Of a stretch of DNA of 64,000 nucleotides, positions 47,770 to 56,878 are shown piece after piece (position 1 is the first letter of the stretch; each line of letters opens with the position of its first letter). Under the pieces are notes generated by a model that was not told the origin of the DNA, did no database searches, and was given only the letters and a program-made list of their open reading frames with translations. Both the position numbers and the translations under genes were made by a program. This DNA is from an uncultured cyanobacterium (lineage in GTDB: Bacteria; Cyanobacteriota; Cyanobacteriia; PCC-9006; JAAUQQ01), in the NCBI GenBank assembly GCA_963718615.1, contig OY970368.1, positions 2,304,001-2,368,000 on the forward strand. Reading direction: 5' to 3'.

Positions 47770-48462
47770 TTATGAGCTGCTGTTTATAAGAGCTTTAGGT
47801 GTGAGGTATTTCTCACCTGGATGGCGATCGCGGACGACTCTAGCGGGCGTTCCATAGGCCACTTTTCCCGCAGGAATATTGTGCAAAACCGTTGCCCCTG
47901 CGCCAATTACTGTGTGCTCCCCGACGCTAATACTGTGGCTAATCGTAGCCCCAATGCCAATGGCAGAAAATGAACCAATTTTCACATTCCCTCCCGTGGT
48001 CACCCGAGGTGAGAAACTGGAAAAATTACCCATTACAGAATCATGGTCCAGAGACGAATTCGTATTCAAAATACAGTGATGACCTACCCAGCAACAAGGA
48101 TTGACAACTGCTCCGGCCATGATGACGGTTCCAGCTTCGAGGATGGCATGTTTGGAAATAACTGCGCTGGGATGACAGGCGCTAACAAAATTAAAGTTAA
48201 GATCAATGCCGTGGAGTTTATTGACGATTTCCGAGCGTACGAAGTTGTCTCCGATGCCTACAATTCCTCCGTATACTGAATAAACCTGGCTAAGCCGAGG
48301 TAGATCCTCTTCGGTGCCTAGAACGCGATAGCCCAGAATGCTTTCGCCAAGCTGGCGAAAGCTATCGATAAATCCTACAATTTTGTATTTTCCTTCAGCC
48401 TCAACAATGTCGGCTACGGTCTTGGCATGGCCGGATGCGCCAATGATTAAAATATTTCTCAT
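47770..48462 (-). CDS. PglD/NeuD-type sugar acetyltransferase
   Basis: IIGASGHAK, GIGDN..R, HPSA, DHD and hexapeptide repeats. Start placed at MRNIL. Confidence 0.9.
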   Translation of the reverse strand: MRNILIIGASGHAKTVADIVEAEGKYKIVGFIDSFRQLGESILGYRVLGTEEDLPRLSQVYSVYGGIVGIGDNFVRSEIVNKLHGIDLNFNFVSACHPSAVISKHAILEAGTVIMAGAVVNPCCWVGHHCILNTNSSLDHDSVMGNFSSFSPRVTTGGNVKIGSFSAIGIGATISHSISVGEHTVIGAGATVLHNIPAGKVAYGTPARVVRDRHPGEKYLTPKALINSSS

Positions 48463-48512
48463 GGTTGACTGGAGATAGGCGATGAGGAGTGCCCTGGCCG
48501 AGCGCTCGGCTT

Positions 48513-49976
48513 TTATGCGTAGAATTTCTGCTTTTGAAAAGCAGGTTGACGAGCGTCGATGAGATAAATCCACAGACCTGCCAACAAAAGTCCTAATAAG
48601 AAACCTGCTACATAAATAGGAGTTTTGCTAGAAACCGATTTCTCTGGTGTTTCTGCCTTGACTAGAACCTGGGCATTGCCGACTTTTTGACCTTTCGCAA
48701 TCCTCAGCTCTTCTGCTTTTTTCAAGAGTTCCGAGTAGCTGGCTTGGGCCACCTCCAGTTTGCGACTGAGATCCCGCTGCTCGGCTTGGAGTTGGGGCAA
48801 AACGGCTAAATTTTCATCACTTAGTTTTCGTTGGGTTTCTATAACCTCGATTTGGTGCTGAAGCCCTTGCCGTTGACTCTCTAACTCAACCAGCCTGCGC
48901 GTTAGCTCTTGATAGAGATTCCCCACCACTTGAGAGGGTTGGGTTAATGAAGGCAGCTCAAGCGCCTGCTGAGCCCTTGCCGCGACTAATCCCCGCAGAT
49001 TATTGACCTTTCCTTCTAGCTCAGCGACCTGAGGCGCAGTGCCCTGGTATCGCGATCGCGCCAAAGCCAACTGCATTTCTAGCTCATTGAGCTCTTTCAA
49101 GGCCTCTTGCAGTGCCGTAGACTGGCTTAGCATGGATTGCTGAACGATCGGATCTGCTTGAATGCCGGAAAGTTGCGATCGCAAGTTTTGCAATTGTGCT
49201 TCTGTATCGACCAGGGTCGAGCGGAGCGTATTGGCCTGCTGTTTGAGGCTTTCGGCCTGAGTCACCGCTGAAGTAACTTCTTGATCTAGAACAATGGTCT
49301 TGTTTTTCTCTTGAAAAGTTCTGAGATTTTGCTCTGCAAGATGAACCTGATGCTCCACCTTGGGCAATTGCTGCTCGACGAACTGGCTAGCCGCCCGTAC
49401 TTGAGCCTGCCGCGCCAGGATGTCCTGTTGTAAATAGACTTCCATAACCCCATTGACAACCGCCGCCGCCTCTTCGGCATCCCTAGACACATAGGTCACG
49501 GCTAAAATATCTGCCGAACGGACAGGTTTGACCTTGAGATTTTCTAAAAACTCCGTCGTGCTCAGCAACTGGCCTTCGGTATTCTTTAGCTTAAACTGTT
49601 GAATGACAGGCTGCACCAAGCCTGTGGAACGGAGCACTTCTGCTTCGGTGTCGAGGGGACTAATCTGATCCAAGAGAGATTCGAGTTTACCCGCTTCTTT
49701 GCTGGTCTCTGTGACCGAGGCCGTTGGCGTTGAGCGTGTAAATTTCAAGCGCCCTTCCGCTGCATAGTCTGGTTTTTTAAAGTTGGCAGCGGTGATCGTG
49801 AGGGCCAGAACACCCACGAAGATTCCGCTAGCCGATATCCAACTGCGACGGAGGCCTACAGTCGGGAAAGATGGCGTGAGGGCTTTAGTCATCAAACTTA
49901 GTGTTGATAAAGGGTCGATGGTGATGCTATTCCCCTGATTACCCCTATCAAGTAGAATTCCCGCTTTTGGGATCAT
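48513..49976 (-). CDS. GumC/Wzc-like polysaccharide co-polymerase without kinase domain
   Basis: TM, then Y.AEGRL and TEAEVLRS, long coiled coil and a second TM. The protein ends shortly after TM2. Confidence 0.8.
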   Translation of the reverse strand: MIPKAGILLDRGNQGNSITIDPLSTLSLMTKALTPSFPTVGLRRSWISASGIFVGVLALTITAANFKKPDYAAEGRLKFTRSTPTASVTETSKEAGKLESLLDQISPLDTEAEVLRSTGLVQPVIQQFKLKNTEGQLLSTTEFLENLKVKPVRSADILAVTYVSRDAEEAAAVVNGVMEVYLQQDILARQAQVRAASQFVEQQLPKVEHQVHLAEQNLRTFQEKNKTIVLDQEVTSAVTQAESLKQQANTLRSTLVDTEAQLQNLRSQLSGIQADPIVQQSMLSQSTALQEALKELNELEMQLALARSRYQGTAPQVAELEGKVNNLRGLVAARAQQALELPSLTQPSQVVGNLYQELTRRLVELESQRQGLQHQIEVIETQRKLSDENLAVLPQLQAEQRDLSRKLEVAQASYSELLKKAEELRIAKGQKVGNAQVLVKAETPEKSVSSKTPIYVAGFLLGLLLAGLWIYLIDARQPAFQKQKFYA

Positions 49977-50173
49977 TTCATCTGCTCATGCCGCTCTGGA
50001 TTTTCTTTGTTGAAGATCTTTTTTAAAGGTTTTTGTTGAAGGTTTTGGTGGGAGAGAGGATACTATCTCCCTATTTTGGGGTTCTTTCCTATTCCAAAGG
50101 ACAGACGTCAACCCTTTGTCTGTTCGATAAGTTAGAGCTAGTGACAAACCCATTCGTAATTTGGAGTCAGTTT

Positions 50174-50356
50174 ATGAGTACCTCTGATAGAGCAAAGGCA
50201 ACCGCCAAGAACGTTGAAGGCAAAGTTCAAGAAGCAGTCGGTGACGCAACTGGTGATAAATCTACCGAAGCTAAAGGCAAAGCCAAACAAACAGAATCCA
50301 GTGCTGAACATGCCAAGGAAGACCTAAAAGACGGCGTCAAAAAGACAATCGACTAA
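50174..50356 (+). CDS. CsbD family stress protein
   Basis: EGKVQEAVGDATGD...KGKAKQ motif. Confidence 0.9.
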   Translation: MSTSDRAKATAKNVEGKVQEAVGDATGDKSTEAKGKAKQTESSAEHAKEDLKDGVKKTID

Positions 50357-50411
50357 CCTATCGATTAACTTATTGGCTAGCCAATTGACTAAACTTTAGG
50401 TAAGCCGTTGT

Positions 50412-50455
50412 AGTCCCAGCCAGACGCTAGAATCAGCGCCTAGCCGGGGCTTTTT
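50412..50455. terminator. Hairpin terminator between convergent csbD and dioxygenase genes
   Basis: Imperfect inverted repeat AGTCCCAGCCAGACGCT / AGCGCCTAGCCGGGGCT followed by TTTT. Confidence 0.5.
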
Positions 50456-51122
50456 AATCCATCCATTGACGAAGTAGATTGGATACGCTTTTAGAAATTA
50501 AATCAAATTCATTGGTTTTTCCCGATTGAGAAAAAAGCGATCGCCTCGCTGTTTCCAGATCAAACAAAATTTCCCGTTTCGCCGGATCTCGTACTAAACT
50601 TTGAACCCACCCCACTGCCACGAGCCGTCTGCCCTGGGTCACCGGCTCAACTTGATGCAAGGTCGAAGACGGATACAGAATCGCAGTTCCAGCCTCTAGC
50701 CGATAGTGGGCTTCATCATCGGCTGCTTCGATGACGAGGGCTCCCCCTTCATAGTCCTGCGGCTCGTTCAAAAAGAGGGTAAACGATACATCGGACCGAT
50801 GAAAGGCAGCACCTCCCATCATGGCATTATCGGTATGGCGTCCATAGGACATTCCAACTTCATAGCGACTAAACAGAACCGTATGAACCACCCGAGGACG
50901 AACCGCCACTTGAAACAAGGGATGACGCAACAGTGCCGTTTTAACCTGATTTTGTAAGGTTTGGGCAATAGTACCCTCAGTTTTGAGCTGTTCGTTGTTC
51001 TTGACGGTTTTGGCGTGCCAACCGGCGGTCAGTTGTCCGTCGATAAATTCAGCTTGGTCTAAGGTTTTGCGGATGCTGTCCAGTTCTTCAGGATTCAGGA
51101 CTTGGGGGATGCGAAAGAGCAT
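50454..51122 (-). CDS. PKHD-type Fe2+/2OG dioxygenase (PiuC/YbiX)
   Basis: DG..TAG..AK.VKNNEQ, HTDNA, RSDVSFTLFL, LH.V.PV and R..AVGW motifs. Confidence 0.92.
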   Translation of the reverse strand: MLFRIPQVLNPEELDSIRKTLDQAEFIDGQLTAGWHAKTVKNNEQLKTEGTIAQTLQNQVKTALLRHPLFQVAVRPRVVHTVLFSRYEVGMSYGRHTDNAMMGGAAFHRSDVSFTLFLNEPQDYEGGALVIEAADDEAHYRLEAGTAILYPSSTLHQVEPVTQGRRLVAVGWVQSLVRDPAKREILFDLETARRSLFSQSGKTNEFDLISKSVSNLLRQWMD

Positions 51123-51369
51123 GGATGGCTAAACGTTGTACCAGTTGATCATAAAGGGTATCTGGAACTGCCGTGCGGAGCGATCGCCCCAGCCGTTTCT
51201 TTTTTTGAGCTTCATGCAAGCAATCTGCAGTTTTGCAAAGATAGGCCGATCGCCCCATGCCCTCGTCTAATTGCACTTGCCCAGAATCATGCACCCGTAC
51301 CACCCGCCAAAGTTCGGATTTGGGGGCAACGGTTCGGCAACTAATGCAACGGCGATAGTTGGGTTTCAT
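51088..51369 (-). CDS. ylxR: YlxR (DUF448) family RNA-binding protein
   Basis: R.C..C, LWRVVR, GRSAYLC...C and L.RSLR motifs. Confidence 0.88.
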   Translation of the reverse strand: MKPNYRRCISCRTVAPKSELWRVVRVHDSGQVQLDEGMGRSAYLCKTADCLHEAQKKKRLGRSLRTAVPDTLYDQLVQRLAIHALSHPPSPES

Positions 51370-51413
51370 CGGTTGGCTGGGTTGGCTTTAATCGGTTGGA
51401 TTATCGATTGGAT

Positions 51414-52271
51414 TTATCGCGACTCACTAGACGTTTTCGGAGACAACAGACCCCCGCAGCGAGGCCCGAGGATTGCGGCCTCCGCCAACGCTTCTAAGTT
51501 TACGCTTTTCAGGAGCTGCGTCCAATCGGCAGTAGCGGCTTCATCGCTGGGATCTGCTCGGCGCTGGGCAATGACAGCCGCCAAGGCATCAAACCAAAAG
51601 CCTTGCTGGGCATAGAGTTGAGCCTGTTCTGCCAGATCTAGCTGATTTAGCTGGTCTGGGGAAAGCTCGCTGGGCAGTGCCTGTCGCTCGATCCATCCCG
51701 ACACATAATCCAAATTCGTCGCCAGGGAATTGCCCTCGCTACAGGCATAGTCCATTGCTAAATACCACTGATACCGCTGACCCAGCGCCAATTCGGGAAG
51801 AGACTCTGGGATCTGAACCGTTACTACACCAGTTTGGTTGGGGGCCTCGACGGGCAATTCATAGAGCACTTCTCCCGCATCATTCAGAACCAACAGCGTC
51901 AGGTCCACCGAAGCCACCTCCGCCGCTGCAATGGGAATATAGAATGCAAACAGGGGATGGGCCTGCGTGGTTTGGCCAATAATCTGATTCGCTTGGCCTG
52001 CTTGGGTCGCTTGATATTGGGGGATCAAAGCCGTGAGCGATGCCAATCGATTTTCGCTTTCACAGGTGCGGCTTGCGCCCTCGCCGCGCTTACCGGGGGC
52101 TCCGCGATCGCTCGACAACTTCGGTAACACAAACTGAAGGGCTCCCCGCTGGGTCTTGGCGCTGGCCTCACCCCGAGGCACCATGACACCGCCAGAAACC
52201 AGGAAGAGGGCGAGGGCCAGGGTGGCAAGTTTACGCTTGAGGGTTGGATGGGTCGTTGTCACGTTCGTCAT
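51414..52271 (-). CDS. DUF928 domain protein
   Basis: Signal peptide, GAPG.R..GASR, T...HP.F.FYIP, Y.WY and G.WFDAL motifs. Confidence 0.88.
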   Translation of the reverse strand: MTNVTTTHPTLKRKLATLALALFLVSGGVMVPRGEASAKTQRGALQFVLPKLSSDRGAPGKRGEGASRTCESENRLASLTALIPQYQATQAGQANQIIGQTTQAHPLFAFYIPIAAAEVASVDLTLLVLNDAGEVLYELPVEAPNQTGVVTVQIPESLPELALGQRYQWYLAMDYACSEGNSLATNLDYVSGWIERQALPSELSPDQLNQLDLAEQAQLYAQQGFWFDALAAVIAQRRADPSDEAATADWTQLLKSVNLEALAEAAILGPRCGGLLSPKTSSESR

Positions 52272-52584
52272 GGCAAGCTGTGTCCGAGAATTGAGATTGA
52301 ACAGTGCAGCTTAGGGCTTAGGTAGGTACGTTAGGCAGGGTACGAAAGAGGGCCTGACTGGTGCTTCGTCCGCTTTGATGCCAGGTTTAACCCGGTTTAA
52401 TGTCGGTTTTGATTTCTTAATCTTGTTTTCGTGCCTTGTTTTCTACCCTACGACAGTCTGCTAATCCTAAAAGTTCCCATTGGGATTGGGGTAAATTGGG
52501 GCAAAGGGAAGTCTGGATTGAGTCATGTCAAGGAGTCTAGAGAGAGAAAAGAGAGAGAAACCTAGCAAAAATTACGGGATTTCC

Positions 52585-53637
52585 TCAACCCCGCAAAATG
52601 CTCATCAAGGGCGCTGGCCCAAAGCGAACCACATCGGTACAGGGAAGCTGGGTTAATTGGGCAACTTGGGCGATCGCCTCCTTGGCCGCCACCACACTCA
52701 AATGCCCTGTATTCAGCGCAATTCCCACCACTTTCACCGGATCATAGGCCCCACCCGCTGCGGCCACCGTTTCATAGAGCCGAATGACCTCTGGCAACGG
52801 CGGAATGGCAATCTGCTCAAATTTACGAATATGGGTTTGTCCGGCGCGATGAACAAGGAGCAAATGGGTCGGCTGACTGCCGCGAATCAGGGGCAGGGTT
52901 GCGGTGGAAGCGGGATGAATCAGTGACCCTTGCCCTTCGATAAAGACGATATCTGCATCGGCTCCCTGTTTCAGGACCTGTTGTTCGACGGCTCCGCTCG
53001 CAAAATCAACTCGCACCGCATCGAGCGGTACACCCTCGCCACTTATCATGATGCCTGCTTGGCCGGTCCCGACAAACTTGGAGCGCAGACCTTGGGCGAG
53101 GGCCGCTTGGTGCAGTTCAAGGCAGGTGGACATTTTGCCGACGGCCATGTCGGTGCCGACGGTGAGAATGCGGGGGCAGAGGAGCGATCGCGCCTGAGCC
53201 CGACCCACACTCAACCCTTCGGGTTCCCGTCGCACATCCCAGATCCATTGCCCCGGTTTAAGCAATGCAGTTAACGCCGGATCCTCAGCCATGCGGGTGT
53301 GGAGACCGTTGACGATCGAGAGACCGGCAGCAACCGCCTGTTTGACTTCAGCTTGCCACGGGGGAGGAAGTTCGCCGCCGCTGGGGGCGATGCCAATGAC
53401 CAGGACATCGGGTTGATAGGGGAGGGCTGCGAGGAGGGAGGGGGCGATCGCCACGTCTCGATCAATCCCCGTCAAGCTACGAAAACTGTCTCCAGCTCCT
53501 AGCTCGGCGCAATCTTCATCAATCACGACGACGATTTCGCCTTGGCGGTACCGCGTCATCGCTAGTCCTGTTTTGCCGTCACTGCCTTTGATGCCGTTGT
53601 GGAGCAGAATCGCCACGCGATGACTCGGTAGAAGCAT
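52585..53637 (-). CDS. DUF1611 protein (DgcN-like)
   Basis: GKTG, GIAPSGG, VNGLH, VGTDMAVGKM, TGQAG and EGQGS motifs. Confidence 0.9.
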   Translation of the reverse strand: MLLPSHRVAILLHNGIKGSDGKTGLAMTRYRQGEIVVVIDEDCAELGAGDSFRSLTGIDRDVAIAPSLLAALPYQPDVLVIGIAPSGGELPPPWQAEVKQAVAAGLSIVNGLHTRMAEDPALTALLKPGQWIWDVRREPEGLSVGRAQARSLLCPRILTVGTDMAVGKMSTCLELHQAALAQGLRSKFVGTGQAGIMISGEGVPLDAVRVDFASGAVEQQVLKQGADADIVFIEGQGSLIHPASTATLPLIRGSQPTHLLLVHRAGQTHIRKFEQIAIPPLPEVIRLYETVAAAGGAYDPVKVVGIALNTGHLSVVAAKEAIAQVAQLTQLPCTDVVRFGPAPLMSILRG

Positions 53638-53711
53638 AGTCCTTAGGTTGGAAAGAGCGCCTGACTTTAGTGTGCCTGATTTTTATCCCTGTAGACCCTC
53701 GATCGCTTGTC

Positions 53712-54761
53712 CTATAAGTCTGCCCGAGTCACGCCCAACCCCGGCAAATCCTTCGGCACCACACAACTATCCTTTAACTCAGCCCCTTGGAACGGATCAT
53801 CCAATAAATTCAAGTGACTATCCAAATCCAAATAATCGGCTAGCGGGGAAAGCTGAGCTGCCGCTGTGTTGAGTAAACAACTATCGGAATAGCAACCAAA
53901 CATCACCTTGAGCCCATGGGCTTTGGCCGTGTGGATCATCCGCTGGGCTTCGCTGAGACCGCCACATTTCATCAGTTTGATATTGATACCGTCAACGCGA
54001 TCGCTCAATCTCGGAATATCCGCCGTTGTCCAACAGCTTTCATCCACAAAAATCGGTAGGGGGGATTTTGCCTTGAGCCAAACCAAATCCTCCTCCTGTC
54101 CCTTCGCCAAAGGCTGCTCAATATATTCCACCTGTCTCATGGCCAACCACTCTGCCATCACGAGGGCATCTTCCAAACCCCAACCGCCGTTGGCATCGAC
54201 GTAGAGCCGAGCACCGGAGGGAGCGATCGCCTGCACCGCTTCAAACATGGCCTGGTCCGCTGCGAGGCCCTCGGGACTCCCCAATTTGAGTTTGATTAAC
54301 TTCACCGGCAGTTGTTCCTGCCAAGCCCGTAGGCGCTCCTGGGCCGCCTCGGGGGTACTGATGCCAATCGTGACAGAAATGGGCTGGATGCGATCGCGAT
54401 CCAGTCCCCACAGTTTCCAAAGTGGCAGTTGCAGCGCCTTGCCCAACCAATCGTGCATCGCCACATCGATCGCCGTTTTCACACCGGAAGAAACCTGTTG
54501 CTCCTGCAGTATTTGCTCCACCCGTTGGCGCTCCCAGGGGCTGATCGATTTCAGGAGGGGGGCTAACTGCTCCAATTCAGCTTGCCATTGAGCAGTGGTT
54601 TGTGCCTGACCACCCGTCGAGAAGGGCGAGGCTTCTCCCCAGCCTTCAATACCCTCTGCGATCAGCCGCAGCCAGAGATTGTCACTCGCAGCTGTCGTGC
54701 CTCGACTAATGCGGAGGGCATAGCGTTTATGAACGGTAAAAGTGGAGATACGGAGTTCCAT
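53712..54761 (-). CDS. Dipeptide epimerase (enolase superfamily, L-Ala-D/L-Glu epimerase/DgcA-like)
   Basis: GWGEA, KLKLG, VDANGGW, IEQP, DES, NIKLMKCGG and DLD motifs. Confidence 0.92.
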   Translation of the reverse strand: MELRISTFTVHKRYALRISRGTTAASDNLWLRLIAEGIEGWGEASPFSTGGQAQTTAQWQAELEQLAPLLKSISPWERQRVEQILQEQQVSSGVKTAIDVAMHDWLGKALQLPLWKLWGLDRDRIQPISVTIGISTPEAAQERLRAWQEQLPVKLIKLKLGSPEGLAADQAMFEAVQAIAPSGARLYVDANGGWGLEDALVMAEWLAMRQVEYIEQPLAKGQEEDLVWLKAKSPLPIFVDESCWTTADIPRLSDRVDGINIKLMKCGGLSEAQRMIHTAKAHGLKVMFGCYSDSCLLNTAAAQLSPLADYLDLDSHLNLLDDPFQGAELKDSCVVPKDLPGLGVTRADL

Positions 54762-54901
54762 GACGTTATGATGCAACTGAGAAGGATCAAACCTGTCTCC
54801 AGCTTATAAAGTTAAGGATGTAATGAATCAGCAAATCTGATAGAAATTTAACAGTCTTGTATTGGTTCAGATGGTTACCGCCAGGATACATCCCAGCACC
54901 T

Positions 54902-56878
54902 ATGGCTCGCTCCCTTTCTTCCCATGATTCCAACCCCAAGGCCCAGATTTCGGCCTTGGAAGACCAGCTTGCGGCAATGACCGCCAGAGTCAAAACCTTA
55001 GAACAGCAACTTCATCAGCAAAGCACCGTCGAGCGCCTGAATCTTGTTACGGAGGCGATGAAAAGCTATGTCTATGATTTCGATTTTCGAAATAATCGCA
55101 ATTATCCAGATTGTGGCTTCTTTGGGGTAACAGGATATCAGCCCGAAGAAATGCCTGAAGATCCAGAGCGACTTAGGGATTATATTCACCCTGAAGACTT
55201 GTTGCGAGTCAACAGGAGCTGGAAACAAGCCCTGGCAGATCCCCAGTGCGATCGCTGGTCTATGGAGTTTCGACTCAAGCATAAGGATGGCCATTATATT
55301 GATTTATTGGATCAAACCGTCTTTATTCGGGATGATCAGGGGACTGTGGTTCGGGCCGTGGGGAATTGCTGGGATGTGAGCGATCGCAAACAAGCCGAAA
55401 AAGCATTGCAACAAAGCGAGGCTCAGTTTCGATCCATTTTTGAACAGAACACAGTAAGTTCTGCCATTATGGATGAACAGGCTAGATTTGTACAGGTCAA
55501 TCAAGCCTATTGTGAACTTCTAGGATATTCAGAATCTGAGCTTTTGGGTAAAAGTGCGATTGAATTAACCTATCCATCCGATCAATTTAAATGTGCTGCT
55601 GTCATTAACGCCATCAAACAAAAGTATAGATCTTCTTACAGAATAGAAAAACGCTATATTCGCAAAGATGGTCAACTTCGATGGGTCTCAATTTATGTAA
55701 CCTCGGCGCTGACGGACTTTATGATTAGCACGGCTGTGGATATTACCTCCTATAAAGAAGCTGAGCTTAGACTCCAACAGCTCAATCAGAATCTAGGGAA
55801 CTTGGTTCAAGAGCAAACCCAAGCGCTCCAAAAAAATGAAGAACTTTTCCGTCGTTTATTCGACGAAGCACCTATTGGCATTGCGATTGTGCATGGCAAG
55901 TCAGGCCAAATAGAACAAGTCAATCAGGAATTCTGCAACATGCTCGGTTATTCTGTGGAAGAGCTTCAAGGCGTTTCCTATAGAGATATTAGCGATGCGA
56001 GAGATCTTGCCTTAGAGGCTCCCTATGTTGAGCAAGTCCTGGCCCAGGTAAGCACCGGTTATCAAATTGAGAAGCGATATATTCGCAAAAACGGCAAAGT
56101 TTTTTGGGCACAACTTACCTCCAGAGTTCTCAGCCACCAAGCTCCCCAGTCTCCTCTCTATACATTGGGGATGATTGAAGATATTAGCGATCGCAAACAA
56201 GCGGAACAACTGCTCCAAGATCAACAGCTACAGCTACAAGCTTCCCTAGAAGAAAAGGATATTTTGCTCAAGGAAGTCCATCATCGTGTCAAAAATAATC
56301 TCCAGATTATCTCCAGTCTATTGCAGATGCAAACGCGCAGAATATCGGATGAGCCGATCGCCATGCTTCTGCGAGAATCCTGTAACCGGATTCAGTCGAT
56401 CGCGCTTATCCATGAACAGCTCTATCAATCTTCCGACTTGTCAAAAATTATATTTAGCGAATATCTCGATACCTTAATCGCTCATTTATTTGTATCCTAT
56501 GGTATTCGCGCCAATCGAGTTGCTTTTTCGATTAATTCAGATAACAAGTATCTGACGCTCAATACCGCAATTCCCTGTGGCTTGATCGTGACAGAGTTAG
56601 TTTCCAATGCCTTGAAATATGCCTTTCCGCAGGGACAAACGGGCAGCATTAAAATTGAACTACATCACCAAAGTAATCCTGAAAATACCATAGGACGATT
56701 GGTCGTGGCGGATGATGGCATAGGTTTACCCATAGACCTCGATTGGCAAAACACACAATCCTTAGGTCTACTGATTGTGAAAAATCTAGTAAAACAAATC
56801 AAAGGGTCGATTACCCTCGATCGCTCAACCGGGTGTCATTTCGAAATCTGTTTTCCACTCGATCAACCTAAGTCATAG
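54902..56878 (+). CDS. Multi-PAS sensor histidine kinase (HisKA_2 type)
   Basis: Three PAS/PAC units, LLKEVHHRVKNNLQ, ELVSNALKYAF, DDGIG and SLGL motifs. Confidence 0.93.
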   Translation: MARSLSSHDSNPKAQISALEDQLAAMTARVKTLEQQLHQQSTVERLNLVTEAMKSYVYDFDFRNNRNYPDCGFFGVTGYQPEEMPEDPERLRDYIHPEDLLRVNRSWKQALADPQCDRWSMEFRLKHKDGHYIDLLDQTVFIRDDQGTVVRAVGNCWDVSDRKQAEKALQQSEAQFRSIFEQNTVSSAIMDEQARFVQVNQAYCELLGYSESELLGKSAIELTYPSDQFKCAAVINAIKQKYRSSYRIEKRYIRKDGQLRWVSIYVTSALTDFMISTAVDITSYKEAELRLQQLNQNLGNLVQEQTQALQKNEELFRRLFDEAPIGIAIVHGKSGQIEQVNQEFCNMLGYSVEELQGVSYRDISDARDLALEAPYVEQVLAQVSTGYQIEKRYIRKNGKVFWAQLTSRVLSHQAPQSPLYTLGMIEDISDRKQAEQLLQDQQLQLQASLEEKDILLKEVHHRVKNNLQIISSLLQMQTRRISDEPIAMLLRESCNRIQSIALIHEQLYQSSDLSKIIFSEYLDTLIAHLFVSYGIRANRVAFSINSDNKYLTLNTAIPCGLIVTELVSNALKYAFPQGQTGSIKIELHHQSNPENTIGRLVVADDGIGLPIDLDWQNTQSLGLLIVKNLVKQIKGSITLDRSTGCHFEICFPLDQPKS

